Part shown: in pieces, positions 1 to 9,155 of the stretch
How the letters are laid out: every line of letters starts with the position of its first letter
How positions within the stretch are numbered: the stretch's first letter is position 1
NCBI GenBank assembly: GCA_964194935.1
Contig: CAXMOL010000067.1
Span: 85-64,084, forward strand
Direction: 5' to 3'
Length of the DNA: 64,000 bases
Source of the DNA: an uncultured Kiloniellaceae bacterium
GTDB taxonomy: Bacteria; Actinomycetota; Acidimicrobiia; Spongiisociales; UBA11373
The notes under the pieces: generated by a model
The model's database searches: none
The model's input: the letters and a program-made list of their open reading frames with translations, nothing else
What the model was told of the DNA's origin: nothing
Translations under genes and position numbers: made by a program

Positions 1-50
1 TGACTCGTCGTCTTCGCATCGAGTGGACATCGGGCTCCAAGGTCACCGGG

Positions 51-662
51 TTGTTGGCCGGTCCGGGAGAGGGGCCGACGGGCGTGCTGCTCGCCCATGG
101 TGCCGGAGGAGGGCAACGGCATCCGTTTATGGATGGTCTGCGGCGTCGTCTGGGGGCTGCGGATCTGGCCACGCTCTCATTTGACTATCCATACATGGAG
201 GCGGGTCGACGTGCTCCCGACCGCCTCGACAGGTTGGTTGCGTGTCACGCTGCTGCGTACGAACGGTTGGCTGAGAGGGTCGACACGGTGATCGTGGCCG
301 GCAAGTCGATGGGGGGTCGGGTCGGGGGACACTTCGTGGCCGAGACAGATGCCGACGCGGCGGGCCTGGTGTTCTTTGGCTACCCGCTTGTGCCAATTGG
401 AAAGACAGAGCCTCGCGATGCGTCGCATCTGTTGACATCTCCCATCGCGATGCTGTTCATCCAGGGGGAACGCGATCGGCTCGGACCGCCGGACCTGGTC
501 CGTCGCGTCGCCGATCGCGCCCCGTCAGCATCTCTCGTGGTCGTCGGTGATGCCGACCACGGGTTTTCGGTGCCAAAGAGAACAGGGCTACATCAAAGCG
601 ACATGCTCGATCTACTGACTGACCTGACTGTCGGATTCATCGCCAGCGTGACTGGGCCCTGA
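51..662 (+). CDS. alpha/beta hydrolase (dienelactone-hydrolase-like fold)
   Basis: 203-aa ORF with an LLAHGAGGG oxyanion-type motif, a nucleophile elbow GKSMGG and C-terminal GDADHGF. The frame stays open to position 3, so the true start may lie left of the window. Confidence 0.7.
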   Translation: MLAGPGEGPTGVLLAHGAGGGQRHPFMDGLRRRLGAADLATLSFDYPYMEAGRRAPDRLDRLVACHAAAYERLAERVDTVIVAGKSMGGRVGGHFVAETDADAAGLVFFGYPLVPIGKTEPRDASHLLTSPIAMLFIQGERDRLGPPDLVRRVADRAPSASLVVVGDADHGFSVPKRTGLHQSDMLDLLTDLTVGFIASVTGP

Positions 663-676
663 GTACTGAGTAATCC

Positions 677-1135
677 TCAGATCTTCGGCGGTGGTATGTA
701 TTTCGCTTTGGTGACCCGGCCGTCGGCGAGAGTGAGTTTCCAGATGGCGGCCTTTTGAATCTCCGTCTTGGGATTGATCGGCGCCCCGTGGGCGGCGAGG
801 TGTCCGACGAGGTTGGCGAGGACATCGCCGTGGGAGCAGATCACCGTGCCCTTCTTGGCAGTTCGCAACAGGGCGGCAGCACCTTCGGGAGGTGCCCCTT
901 CGGAGAGTTCAGGAAGGTCGATATATCCCAGCCCGAGTCGGTGGGCGAGCGGTGCGACGGTTTGCACGCATCTCAGGAACGGGCTCGTGAATATCTGTTT
1001 GGCGCCGTTCTTTGCCAGATACTTGCTGAGTGCCTTTGCCTGGAGCACTCCTTTGTGGCTGATGGGCCGCTTGTGGTCGGGACCCGACCAGTTGGACCGG
1101 TTGCCGGCATGGGCGTGGCGGACGATGTAGATCAA
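677..1135 (-). CDS. histidine phosphatase family protein (SixA-like)
   Basis: 152 aa. N-terminal IVRHAHAG (RHG-type catalytic motif) and distal SHGD. The TTG start overlaps the stop of the upstream ppk-Nudix gene (TTGA). Confidence 0.75.
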   Translation of the reverse strand: MIYIVRHAHAGNRSNWSGPDHKRPISHKGVLQAKALSKYLAKNGAKQIFTSPFLRCVQTVAPLAHRLGLGYIDLPELSEGAPPEGAAALLRTAKKGTVICSHGDVLANLVGHLAAHGAPINPKTEIQKAAIWKLTLADGRVTKAKYIPPPKI

Positions 1136-3615
1136 GTCGGCTCCATCGTCGATCGCAGCAGGGCCCGATCTCGCTCGTAGGAGAGAGCGTTGAGCGCTTT
1201 ACGCCGACTCACCCACCGGATTTCGTCAACCTCATCGTTGGGCACGAATTCTCCGCCGAGCTCGTCCATGGCCCAATACCGGACGATCTTGCGAGTTCCC
1301 TTGTTGTCCACGTATTCGACCGTACCCAGTTCGTCGCCGAGCCCGGCCCGCACACCGGTCTCTTCGACCACCTCGCGCAGGGCCGCATCTGCCTCGGTCT
1401 CTCCCGGATCGACCTTGCCCTTGGGGAAAGACCAGTCGTCGTAGTCGGGCCGATGGACAAGGAGAACTCGCGTTCGACCCTTCTCGGTGAGCCGGGTGAC
1501 GATACCTCCGGCAGCGATGACGACATCGGGCGTCTCCAGTGCCAATTCTGGATCGGGATAGGCGCCTTGTGCGCGGGTGAGGGCCAGGGACTGGAAGCGG
1601 AGGTGCGAGTTGAGTCCTGCCTCGGTGGGGATCTTGGACCAGGTTTCGTCGTTCAACTCCCAAGCCAGGCGATCATCGGCAAACACGACTGCCAGCAGTT
1701 CTTCCATTCGCCGCTTGAGCCGCGGATCTTCGACGGGGACCAGCGCCTCCACCCGGCCTTTCAGATTGCGCGGCATCATGTCCGCCGATCCGAATAGATA
1801 TTCGGCGTCGTCCCCAGCTCCGAATTTGAAAATGCGGGAGTGCTCGAGGTAGCGACCGATAACGGAGCGCACGGTGATGTTCTCGGAGAGTTCGGGGACT
1901 CCCGGCCTGATGCAGCAAATGCCTCGAATGGTGAGCTCGATCCTCGTTCCGGCATTGGACGCTGCATACAGCTCGTCGATCACCTCAGGGTCTACGAGGT
2001 GGTTGATCTTGAACATGATTCGGCCTTTGGCACCGAGTTCAGCTTGAGCCTGGATGCGCTCGATGATTCCGTCGCTGAGCCCCTCGGGGGCCACCAGGAG
2101 ACGCCGGTAGTCGGGCTGGTGAGCGAAGCCGGTGAGGACATTGAACAACTCGGACAGATCAGCGCCGATCTCGTCGCGAGCAGTCAGCATTCCGACGTCT
2201 TCATAGAGGCCGGCAGTCTTGGGGTTGTAGTTGCCGGTCCCGATATGGCTGTAGCGGCGCAACCCATCCGGTTCACGTCGGACGACAAGAGCAATCTTGG
2301 CGTGGGTCTTGAGTCCGACGACTCCGTAGACCACGTGGACACCAGCCTCTTCAAGGATGCGCGCCCAAGTGATATTGGCCTCTTCATCGAAGCGAGCCTT
2401 CAATTCGACGAGCACCACCACTTGCTTGCCGGATTGGGCCGCCGAGACAAGCGAGTTCACGATCGCCTCTTCGCCGCCGAGAGCCGGATCGCCGGGATCG
2501 GCGGTCCGGTAGAGGGTCTGCTTTATCGCCAACACCTTTGGATCGCGCGCCGCGGTGGCGATGAACGCCCCGACCGAGGTACGAAACGAGTCGTACGGAA
2601 GATGAATGAGGATGTCGGATTGGGCGATGCGATCGAACACCGACTCCTTCGCTTCGACATCGGCAAGCTCGGGCTGGGTAGTCGGGCTCCACGGAGCTTC
2701 CTTCAATTCCGGCCGATCGAGTCCGTAGACCGTCCATAGCCCGGCCAGATTGAGTAGGCCCCCTTGGCAGTAGACCTCGCGTGAATCGGTGATTCCCATC
2801 TCGGTGATGAGGAGCTCGAGGACCTCATCCGGCATTTTCTGCTCAACCTCGAGCCGAATCAGGCGAGAGAACCGATGCCTTGTTTGCAGCAGCGCCTCCA
2901 TCGCTTCGAGCAGGTCCTCCGCCTCGGCTTCTTCTACGGCCTGATCGGCGCTGCGGGTGACGCGAAATACGTGGTATCCGACCACTTCGAGCCCTGGGAA
3001 TAGCGACCCGAGGTGGGCACCAATAACTTGTTCTACGGGGACGAGCCGCTCGTCGCTGCTCGCCAGGAACCGGGGGAGAAGGGGAGGGACCTTGATGCGA
3101 GCGAACTGGTCGTTGTCGGAATCGGGGTCGCGGACAATGACGGCAAGGTTCATCGACAGGTTCGAGATATACGGGAACGGGTGTGCCGGGTCTACCGCCA
3201 GCGGGGTGAGCACCGGATAGATCTCTTCTGTGAATTGCGCAGAGAGTTCGCTTCGCTCCTCCGAGCGAAGCTCGTCCCACCCCACGACGTCTATGTCGTG
3301 CTCGGCCAGGCTGGGACGGAGTTCTACTTCGAAGACCCGGTTCATCCGACTGTCAATCGCTTCGATGCGGTCACGGACTGCGTCGAGTTGTTCACTCGGC
3401 AGCAAACCGTCGGCCGAGTGCTTCATGACTCCGGTCGCCACTTGCTCACGTAGCCCGGCCACCCGCACCTGGAAGAACTCGTCGAGGTTGTGGGCGACGA
3501 TCGCCATGAACTTGACCCGCTCGAGGATCGGCAGGTTCGGATCCTCGGCGAGTGCTAGGACGCGCTCTTGGAAGTCGAGGACGGAGAGCTCTCGGTTGTG
3601 ATACCTGGGTGCCAT
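1132..3615 (-). CDS. ppk: polyphosphate kinase 1 with C-terminal Nudix hydrolase domain
   Basis: The N-terminus MAPRYHNRELSVLDFQERVL is typical of PPK1. PLD-like motifs RYSHIGTGNYNPKTA and RYLEHSRIFKFG are present. The C-terminal ~135 aa carry the Nudix box GKVDPGETEADAALREVVEETGV. I moved the start to the ATG at 3615; the 88-codon extension in the ORF track looks non-coding. Confidence 0.85.
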   Translation of the reverse strand: MAPRYHNRELSVLDFQERVLALAEDPNLPILERVKFMAIVAHNLDEFFQVRVAGLREQVATGVMKHSADGLLPSEQLDAVRDRIEAIDSRMNRVFEVELRPSLAEHDIDVVGWDELRSEERSELSAQFTEEIYPVLTPLAVDPAHPFPYISNLSMNLAVIVRDPDSDNDQFARIKVPPLLPRFLASSDERLVPVEQVIGAHLGSLFPGLEVVGYHVFRVTRSADQAVEEAEAEDLLEAMEALLQTRHRFSRLIRLEVEQKMPDEVLELLITEMGITDSREVYCQGGLLNLAGLWTVYGLDRPELKEAPWSPTTQPELADVEAKESVFDRIAQSDILIHLPYDSFRTSVGAFIATAARDPKVLAIKQTLYRTADPGDPALGGEEAIVNSLVSAAQSGKQVVVLVELKARFDEEANITWARILEEAGVHVVYGVVGLKTHAKIALVVRREPDGLRRYSHIGTGNYNPKTAGLYEDVGMLTARDEIGADLSELFNVLTGFAHQPDYRRLLVAPEGLSDGIIERIQAQAELGAKGRIMFKINHLVDPEVIDELYAASNAGTRIELTIRGICCIRPGVPELSENITVRSVIGRYLEHSRIFKFGAGDDAEYLFGSADMMPRNLKGRVEALVPVEDPRLKRRMEELLAVVFADDRLAWELNDETWSKIPTEAGLNSHLRFQSLALTRAQGAYPDPELALETPDVVIAAGGIVTRLTEKGRTRVLLVHRPDYDDWSFPKGKVDPGETEADAALREVVEETGVRAGLGDELGTVEYVDNKGTRKIVRYWAMDELGGEFVPNDEVDEIRWVSRRKALNALSYERDRALLRSTMEPT

Positions 3616-3655
3616 GAAAACGCGGTTGGGGAGCGGAATCGTACCGCGCCGGGAC

Positions 3656-4114
3656 TCAGGCCTCGCCGGCGAAATGGCGTTCGAGATCCTCGATCTTCTG
3701 GATTCGCTTTGCGTGTCGTTCTTCGCGGCTGTACTCAGCGGCCATGAAGGTGATCGCAAGTTCTTCAGCGAGGCGGACCCCGACCACCCGAGATCCAAGG
3801 GCCAGCACGTTGGCATCATCGTGCTCCACGGACTGATGTGCTGAGTAGGTGTCGTGCGCCAGTGCGCATCGAATACCACGGACCTTGTTGGCGGCGATCG
3901 AGGCGCCTGCTCCCGATCCGCAAACGATCAATCCCCGTTCGGCCTTGCCTGAAATGACCGCCCGGGAGACTGCGGCGGCGTAATCGGGGTAGTCGACAGG
4001 ATCGTCGGAATGGGTCCCTAGATCGGTCACGGCGTGGCCTGCGGCAGCCAAGGCGCGGGCCAGTAGCTCTTTGAGTTCGAAACCTGCATGATCCGCAGCA
4101 ATAGCCACTCGCAT
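3656..4114 (-). CDS. rpiB: ribose-5-phosphate isomerase B
   Basis: 152 aa with MRVAIAADHAGFELK and GLIVCGSGAGASIAANK, characteristic of RpiB/LacAB. Confidence 0.9.
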   Translation of the reverse strand: MRVAIAADHAGFELKELLARALAAAGHAVTDLGTHSDDPVDYPDYAAAVSRAVISGKAERGLIVCGSGAGASIAANKVRGIRCALAHDTYSAHQSVEHDDANVLALGSRVVGVRLAEELAITFMAAEYSREERHAKRIQKIEDLERHFAGEA

Positions 4115-4172
4115 GAGTCGAGGCTACAGCTCTGCGGTGCGACACGCCCCGGGGTTCGTACAATCCCGGGTT

Positions 4173-5444
4173 ATGGACCAGTTTGTAGTCGAAGGTGGAG
4201 CGCGTCTCGAGGGGTCGGTATCGGTCCGCGGCGCCAAGAACGCTGTGCTCAAGCACCTGGTGGCCACCCTTCTTGCTCCCGGCTCCCACAGGATCGACAA
4301 CGTCCCCGGCATCCTCGATGTGGAGCTCATGGGTCAGGTGCTTGCCTATATCGGCGCGGAGTGCACTTTTGACGGCGCCACGGTATCTATTGAAGTTCCC
4401 GACGAGCTGCGCCCCGAGGCACCGATCCACTTGGTGCGCAGGATGCGGGCATCGATCCTCGTTCTCGGGGCCCTACTGGCGCGGACGGGTGAGGCAAGGG
4501 TGGCTCTACCCGGCGGCGATGACTTCGGCTCCCGGCCGATCGACATTCATGTTGATGGACTGGAGGCGATGGGCGCCGAATTCGAGCTGATCCACGGCGT
4601 ACTCCATGCCTCGGCACCGAACGGTCTCAGCGGTGCTGAGGTCTTTTTCGAGTTTCCATCCGTAGGAGCCACCGAGAATCTGCTGCTCGCCGGAGTCATG
4701 GCAAAGGGAACCACCCGGATCGGCAACGCCGCCCGTGAGCCCGAGATTCAGGATTTGGCCGCTCTGCTTACTGGCATGGGTGCCTCGATCGATGGCGCCG
4801 GCACCTCGACGATTGAAATCGAGGGGGTGCCGCGATTGTCGCCGGCGGTCCACCGAGCCGTCCCGGATCGACTCGCTGCGGGGACATTCTTGGTGGGCGC
4901 CGCCATCACCGGTGGTGAGGTGACCGTCCGCGATTGCGTTCCCGACCATCTCAGGATGGAGCTGCGCAAGCTGGCGGAGGCCGGTTGCGAGTGGGAGGCC
5001 GGCGATGACTGGGTGACCGTGCGCGGTCCTGACCAACCTGCGCCTGTTGACTTCGCAACATTGCCGTATCCCGGATTCCATACCGATATGCATCCGCAAA
5101 TGGTTGCGCTACTGACGCGAGCCTCGGGCACTTCGGTGATCACTGAGAACATCTACTCGGCCCGATTCCGGTACGTGGGGGAGCTGAATCGGATGGGTGC
5201 CGACGTCCAGATAGAAGGACAGCACGTGATCATTCGTGGCATCGACCAGTTGAGTGGTTGTCCCGTCGACGCGTGCGATATTCGCGCTGGTGCCGCATTG
5301 GTCCTTGCCGGCATGGCTGCCGACGGATACACCACCGTATTGAACGTGGAGCACATCGACCGCGGCTACGAGGGATTCGCCAAGAAATTGGCGGGTCTTG
5401 GAGCGACTATCCGGCGCGAGACAGTTGAGAGTTCGGTTACGTAA
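4173..5444 (+). CDS. murA: UDP-N-acetylglucosamine 1-carboxyvinyltransferase (Asp-type active site)
   Basis: Full-length EPSP-synthase-fold protein starting MDQFVVEGGARLEGSVSVRGAKNA. The active-site loop reads LPGGDDFGSRPID. Start chosen at the ATG giving the canonical N-terminus. Confidence 0.9.
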   Translation: MDQFVVEGGARLEGSVSVRGAKNAVLKHLVATLLAPGSHRIDNVPGILDVELMGQVLAYIGAECTFDGATVSIEVPDELRPEAPIHLVRRMRASILVLGALLARTGEARVALPGGDDFGSRPIDIHVDGLEAMGAEFELIHGVLHASAPNGLSGAEVFFEFPSVGATENLLLAGVMAKGTTRIGNAAREPEIQDLAALLTGMGASIDGAGTSTIEIEGVPRLSPAVHRAVPDRLAAGTFLVGAAITGGEVTVRDCVPDHLRMELRKLAEAGCEWEAGDDWVTVRGPDQPAPVDFATLPYPGFHTDMHPQMVALLTRASGTSVITENIYSARFRYVGELNRMGADVQIEGQHVIIRGIDQLSGCPVDACDIRAGAALVLAGMAADGYTTVLNVEHIDRGYEGFAKKLAGLGATIRRETVESSVT

Positions 5445-5495
5445 CGGCCATCACATAGGATGTGGGCCCACGAGTTCCCTCTCCACCGAGGAGCC

Positions 5496-5762
5496 ATGAG
5501 CGACGACATCATGACCACTGAGCCGGCGAGCGACGTCGAGATCGACCTCGCATCGCTGAATGAGACGCTGGAGTACATCCGTCCGGCGCTGCAGGCTGAT
5601 GGTGGAGATCTTGTGCTGCTCGGCGTCGAGTCGGGAACGGTGAACCTTCAATTGGTCGGTGCCTGTGGTGGGTGCCCCATGTCGACGATGACACTTACAG
5701 CTGGAATCGAGCGAATCCTCAAAGACCGTGTGCCCGGGGTCGAGGCGGTAAACGCGCTCTAG
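5496..5762 (+). CDS. NifU-like (Nfu C-terminal domain) Fe-S assembly protein
   Basis: YIRPALQADGGDLVLLGVE...LVGACGGCPMSTMTL contains the CxxC motif of the NifU C-terminal domain. The start is ambiguous (5460 or 5496). Confidence 0.7.
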   Translation: MSDDIMTTEPASDVEIDLASLNETLEYIRPALQADGGDLVLLGVESGTVNLQLVGACGGCPMSTMTLTAGIERILKDRVPGVEAVNAL

Positions 5763-5763
5763 G

Positions 5764-6945
5764 TCACGGTCTTAGGGCCACGACCAGATCGCCGACGTTG
5801 GTCCCTGTTGGTCCAGTGACGATCACGTCCCCGACGGATTCGAGATACGAAGCGCTGTCGTTGTTTCGAAGGTGAGCCGTTGCATCGAGATCAGCAGCTT
5901 GCCCTCGATCGATCGTCGTTCCGTCCACGATCGCTCCTGCGTTGTCGGTTGGACCGTCGATGCCATCGGTTCCAATTGAGCCGACTAGGACGTCGCTCCC
6001 GGCTATCTCCATGGCTGCGGCGAGTGCCGCCTCCTGGTTGCGGCCACCGCGACCGCTGCCGTCGACTCGAACTGTGGTCTCACCGAAACCGATGAGGGCT
6101 CCTCGCGATGGGAGATCTGCTGCGAGCCGTCCGAGGTAGCTTCCGAATTCGGCTGCCAGGCCGCTGATCGGATCGGCCAGCCGCTTTGGCTCCAGACCCA
6201 ACTTGGCAGCTGCGCTCGCCGCCGCTGTCGCAGCGGTTGCACCATCAGCGAGGACTTCGAATAGATCCGAACCGACGCTGGGCCCGCTCCCGATGTTCTC
6301 GGGGCCCGCGGGTGCCACGTCGGAGATGGCAAAGGTCGCTACCAGCGCCGGTCGGGCGGCCGTGGCCAGCCCACCGGCTTTGAGCGCAGATAGTTCCGAG
6401 CGTCGTCGATTGATCTCGACGATGGGGTGTCCTGATGTGAGCAGCGACGACGTGACATGTTGGATTTGTTCCTCGCCGACGCCAGGGGCCGCAACCTCCG
6501 CCAGCGCCGAAGCACCACCCGACAGCAGCACAAGCACCAAGCTCCCCGGCCTGGCCCTTCTGGCCGATTCGAGGAGGCGGTGTCCGGCGGCGAATGATCC
6601 GGGACCAGCGACGGGGTGCTCGCCCACGAGTACTTCGAAACCGGGGAGAGATTCTGGAGCCGGACATACGGCGAGACCATGGGCTCGGTCTCCGAGGGCC
6701 TCGATGGCTCCCCGTGCCATGGCAGCTGCCGCCTTACCGATCGCCAGGATCATTAGTTCGTCATGTTCGGGCAGCGGTGGGCCGGTGTGGAGACGATCAG
6801 CGACCAACTTCGCCGGATCCGTAGCGGTGATGGCAGTTCTCAGGATCCAATCGAGGCGTTCTCGCCAGTTGGGCACGTTGGCACGGTACCGCAGGATCAC
6901 CTCGGTATCCTCGCCAAATGCCCCTTTCGTTCGATCCCAGTGCAC
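5764..6945 (-). CDS. glycerate 2-kinase / hydroxypyruvate reductase family (DUF4147 + MOFRL)
   Basis: 393 aa. LVLVLLSGGASAL and the C-terminal IGTDGIDGPTDNAGA are typical of MOFRL-family glycerate kinases. Confidence 0.7.
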   Translation of the reverse strand: MHWDRTKGAFGEDTEVILRYRANVPNWRERLDWILRTAITATDPAKLVADRLHTGPPLPEHDELMILAIGKAAAAMARGAIEALGDRAHGLAVCPAPESLPGFEVLVGEHPVAGPGSFAAGHRLLESARRARPGSLVLVLLSGGASALAEVAAPGVGEEQIQHVTSSLLTSGHPIVEINRRRSELSALKAGGLATAARPALVATFAISDVAPAGPENIGSGPSVGSDLFEVLADGATAATAAASAAAKLGLEPKRLADPISGLAAEFGSYLGRLAADLPSRGALIGFGETTVRVDGSGRGGRNQEAALAAAMEIAGSDVLVGSIGTDGIDGPTDNAGAIVDGTTIDRGQAADLDATAHLRNNDSASYLESVGDVIVTGPTGTNVGDLVVALRP

Positions 6946-7859
6946 TCGTCCCTGCAGTTGCTGCGGGCGATCGTCGTGCGCTGGCGCGGCTCATCACTCT
7001 GGTGGAGGAAGGGGGAGACGGTTCTGCCGGTGCGCTGTCGGATGCGTATGCAGCAGCGGTACCGGCGCACCGCGTAGGAATCACCGGGGCTCCGGGGTCG
7101 GGTAAGAGCACCCTCACCGATCGCCTCATCGCCCGTGCGCGGGCAGACGGCGAATCGATTGGTGTCCTCGCCGTCGATCCCACCAGTCCGTTCAGCGGGG
7201 GGGCGGTGCTCGGCGACCGAGTCCGGATGCAGGATCACATTCTGGATGAGAGCGTCTACGTTCGGTCGATGGCGAGTCGGGGACATCTGGGCGGGTTGTC
7301 CGCGGCAGCGCCCAAGGCACTCGTTGCCATGGAGACAGCAGGATTCGACCGGATCCTGATCGAGACGGTTGGCGTCGGGCAGGACGAGGTTGAAGTGATG
7401 AGCGCGGCCGACACCGTGCTGGTGGTCGTGACGGCCGGTTGGGGCGATGGAATACAAGCAGCCAAGGCAGGAATCCTGGAGATCGGTGATCTATTCGTCG
7501 TAAACAAGGCCGATCGACCGGGTGTGAGTGACACGAGTGCCGACTTGCGAGCGATGCTCGCTCTCGGTGGTGAATTGGATTGGGAGCCTCCAATAATCGA
7601 GACAATCGCCTCGACAGGAGCCGGCGTGCCCGACGTCTGGGATGCGATCGAACGCCACCGGGCTCATCTCGGAAGCACTGGCTTGGAGGAGGCTCGCCGG
7701 GCTAGGCGGCGCGCTGAGTTGGAGACGGCCCTCACCTCTCGTTTCCGGGACCGCGCAATCGAGGCTCTCAACGCGGGGATCGGTTCAGATCTGGCCGCGG
7801 CAGTCGAAAGCGGCGACCTTGATCCATGGTCGGCGGCGGACCAACTTTCCGACTTCTGA
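6918..7859 (+). CDS. meaB: methylmalonyl-CoA mutase-associated GTPase MeaB/ArgK
   Basis: P-loop GITGAPGSGKSTL, ETVGVGQ and NKAD motifs. No mutase gene is adjacent in this window. Confidence 0.85.
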   Translation: MPLSFDPSALVPAVAAGDRRALARLITLVEEGGDGSAGALSDAYAAAVPAHRVGITGAPGSGKSTLTDRLIARARADGESIGVLAVDPTSPFSGGAVLGDRVRMQDHILDESVYVRSMASRGHLGGLSAAAPKALVAMETAGFDRILIETVGVGQDEVEVMSAADTVLVVVTAGWGDGIQAAKAGILEIGDLFVVNKADRPGVSDTSADLRAMLALGGELDWEPPIIETIASTGAGVPDVWDAIERHRAHLGSTGLEEARRARRRAELETALTSRFRDRAIEALNAGIGSDLAAAVESGDLDPWSAADQLSDF

Positions 7860-7907
7860 CTTGTTCTCAGCGACCAAGATGGTGCCGAGCCGACGTCAGG
7901 AGAACTT

Positions 7908-8681
7908 GTGACCGACACCGTACGATTTGCGATCAAGGGTGCAGTGGGAGTCATCACCCTTGATCGGCCTCCGGTAAACGCGATCTCGGCGGAGGTTGTG
8001 GCTGATCTTGATTCGACCCTCGACGATGCGCAGAACGATGCGGTAAGGGCCGTTGTAGTGACCGGTGGCCGCCACTTTGCGGCCGGGGCAGATATCAAGG
8101 AATTCAAGGCTGCGCTCGACGCCGGCGACGATCCCGCCGCGGTAGGTGTGGAGTTGTCTCGAGTGTTGGTTCGCCTCGAACGTCTGGCGAAGCCCGTGAT
8201 CGCCGCGGTGAGCGGCTTTGCGATGGGTGGTGGACTGGAACTCGCCTTGGCCTGTGACTTCAGGTTCTTTGCCGACGATGCCCGCTGTGGCCAGCCTGAG
8301 ATCGTGCTCGGGTTGTTTCCCGGTGCCGGTGGCACCCAACGGCTGCCTCGCCTCATCGGTCTCGGTGCCGCTCGCGACCTCATCTACAGCGGTCGCCAGG
8401 TGCTGGCAGAGGAAGCTCAAGCGCTCGGGATCGCTGATGAGGTCCACCCGGCGGATCACGTGCTGGATGCTGCGATGACAGCGGCGGCTCGTTACGCCGC
8501 CGGGCCGACCACAGCACTGGGACTGGCAAAGCAAGCGATCAACGATGGCGTGGGCAGCCCTATGGATGAGGGACTGGGCATGGAGGCTGCGGGCTTCAGC
8601 CAAGTGTTCGGGACGCAGGACGCTGTTGAAGGGGTCTCTGCTTTTCTCGAGAAACGCGATCCAGACTTCACCGGGAGCTGA
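7908..8681 (+). CDS. enoyl-CoA hydratase/isomerase family protein
   Basis: 257 aa with the crotonase signature AAVSGFAMGGGLELALACDFR. Confidence 0.85.
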   Translation: MTDTVRFAIKGAVGVITLDRPPVNAISAEVVADLDSTLDDAQNDAVRAVVVTGGRHFAAGADIKEFKAALDAGDDPAAVGVELSRVLVRLERLAKPVIAAVSGFAMGGGLELALACDFRFFADDARCGQPEIVLGLFPGAGGTQRLPRLIGLGAARDLIYSGRQVLAEEAQALGIADEVHPADHVLDAAMTAAARYAAGPTTALGLAKQAINDGVGSPMDEGLGMEAAGFSQVFGTQDAVEGVSAFLEKRDPDFTGS

Positions 8682-9147
8682 GTCGGTCGCTGAGCCGCTG
8701 CAGATTGCCGATCCAGATCCGCCGCAGGATCGGTCGGGCGACAAGTGCACCGAGGTTTGCTCCGAGGTACCAGGGGAATCGGATTTGTTCCGTCCAGGTG
8801 AATCTGGTGGCGTTGGGCCCGATTGGGTCGAGGGTGAACCTCCCCATGCCGACGAAGGGGCCGTGATGCTCGGCCGCCATGACCGCAGGAACACTCCATC
8901 GGGTGAATCGCAGGTGATCGCGCGTCCGGAATGGTCCGACTTTCGTCACCACGACGATCTCGGTCCCGACGCCTCGACGTTGGGCACCCACAAAGGTGAG
9001 CGTCTCGGCGTCTGCCATCCAGGTGATGTGTTGCTCGAGTTGCTCGAGCTCATCCCACACGGTGCTTGGCTCAAACGGAATGTCGAGACTCAAAGTCACC
9101 TTCATTCGCCGGACGCTAGGGCCTTTTCGGTAGCTGACACCTAGCAT
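8668..9147 (-). CDS. SRPBCC (polyketide cyclase/START-like) family protein
   Basis: About 150 aa. The N-terminal pattern MKVTLSLDIPFEPSTVWDELEQ is typical of SRPBCC proteins. The start may instead be at 9105. Confidence 0.55.
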   Translation of the reverse strand: MLGVSYRKGPSVRRMKVTLSLDIPFEPSTVWDELEQLEQHITWMADAETLTFVGAQRRGVGTEIVVVTKVGPFRTRDHLRFTRWSVPAVMAAEHHGPFVGMGRFTLDPIGPNATRFTWTEQIRFPWYLGANLGALVARPILRRIWIGNLQRLSDRLSSR

Positions 9148-9155
9148 CGCCGCAC

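Noticed and set aside
3616-3879. N-terminal extensions of ORF-track models: ppk 3616..3879, lipid kinase 49281..49730, Cas4-like 42344..42643, GTPase 45153..45653, murA 4113..4172 and DUF1684 15097..15285.
   Set aside because: The extensions overlap neighbouring genes or have non-protein-like composition. Internal starts reproduce the canonical family N-termini.
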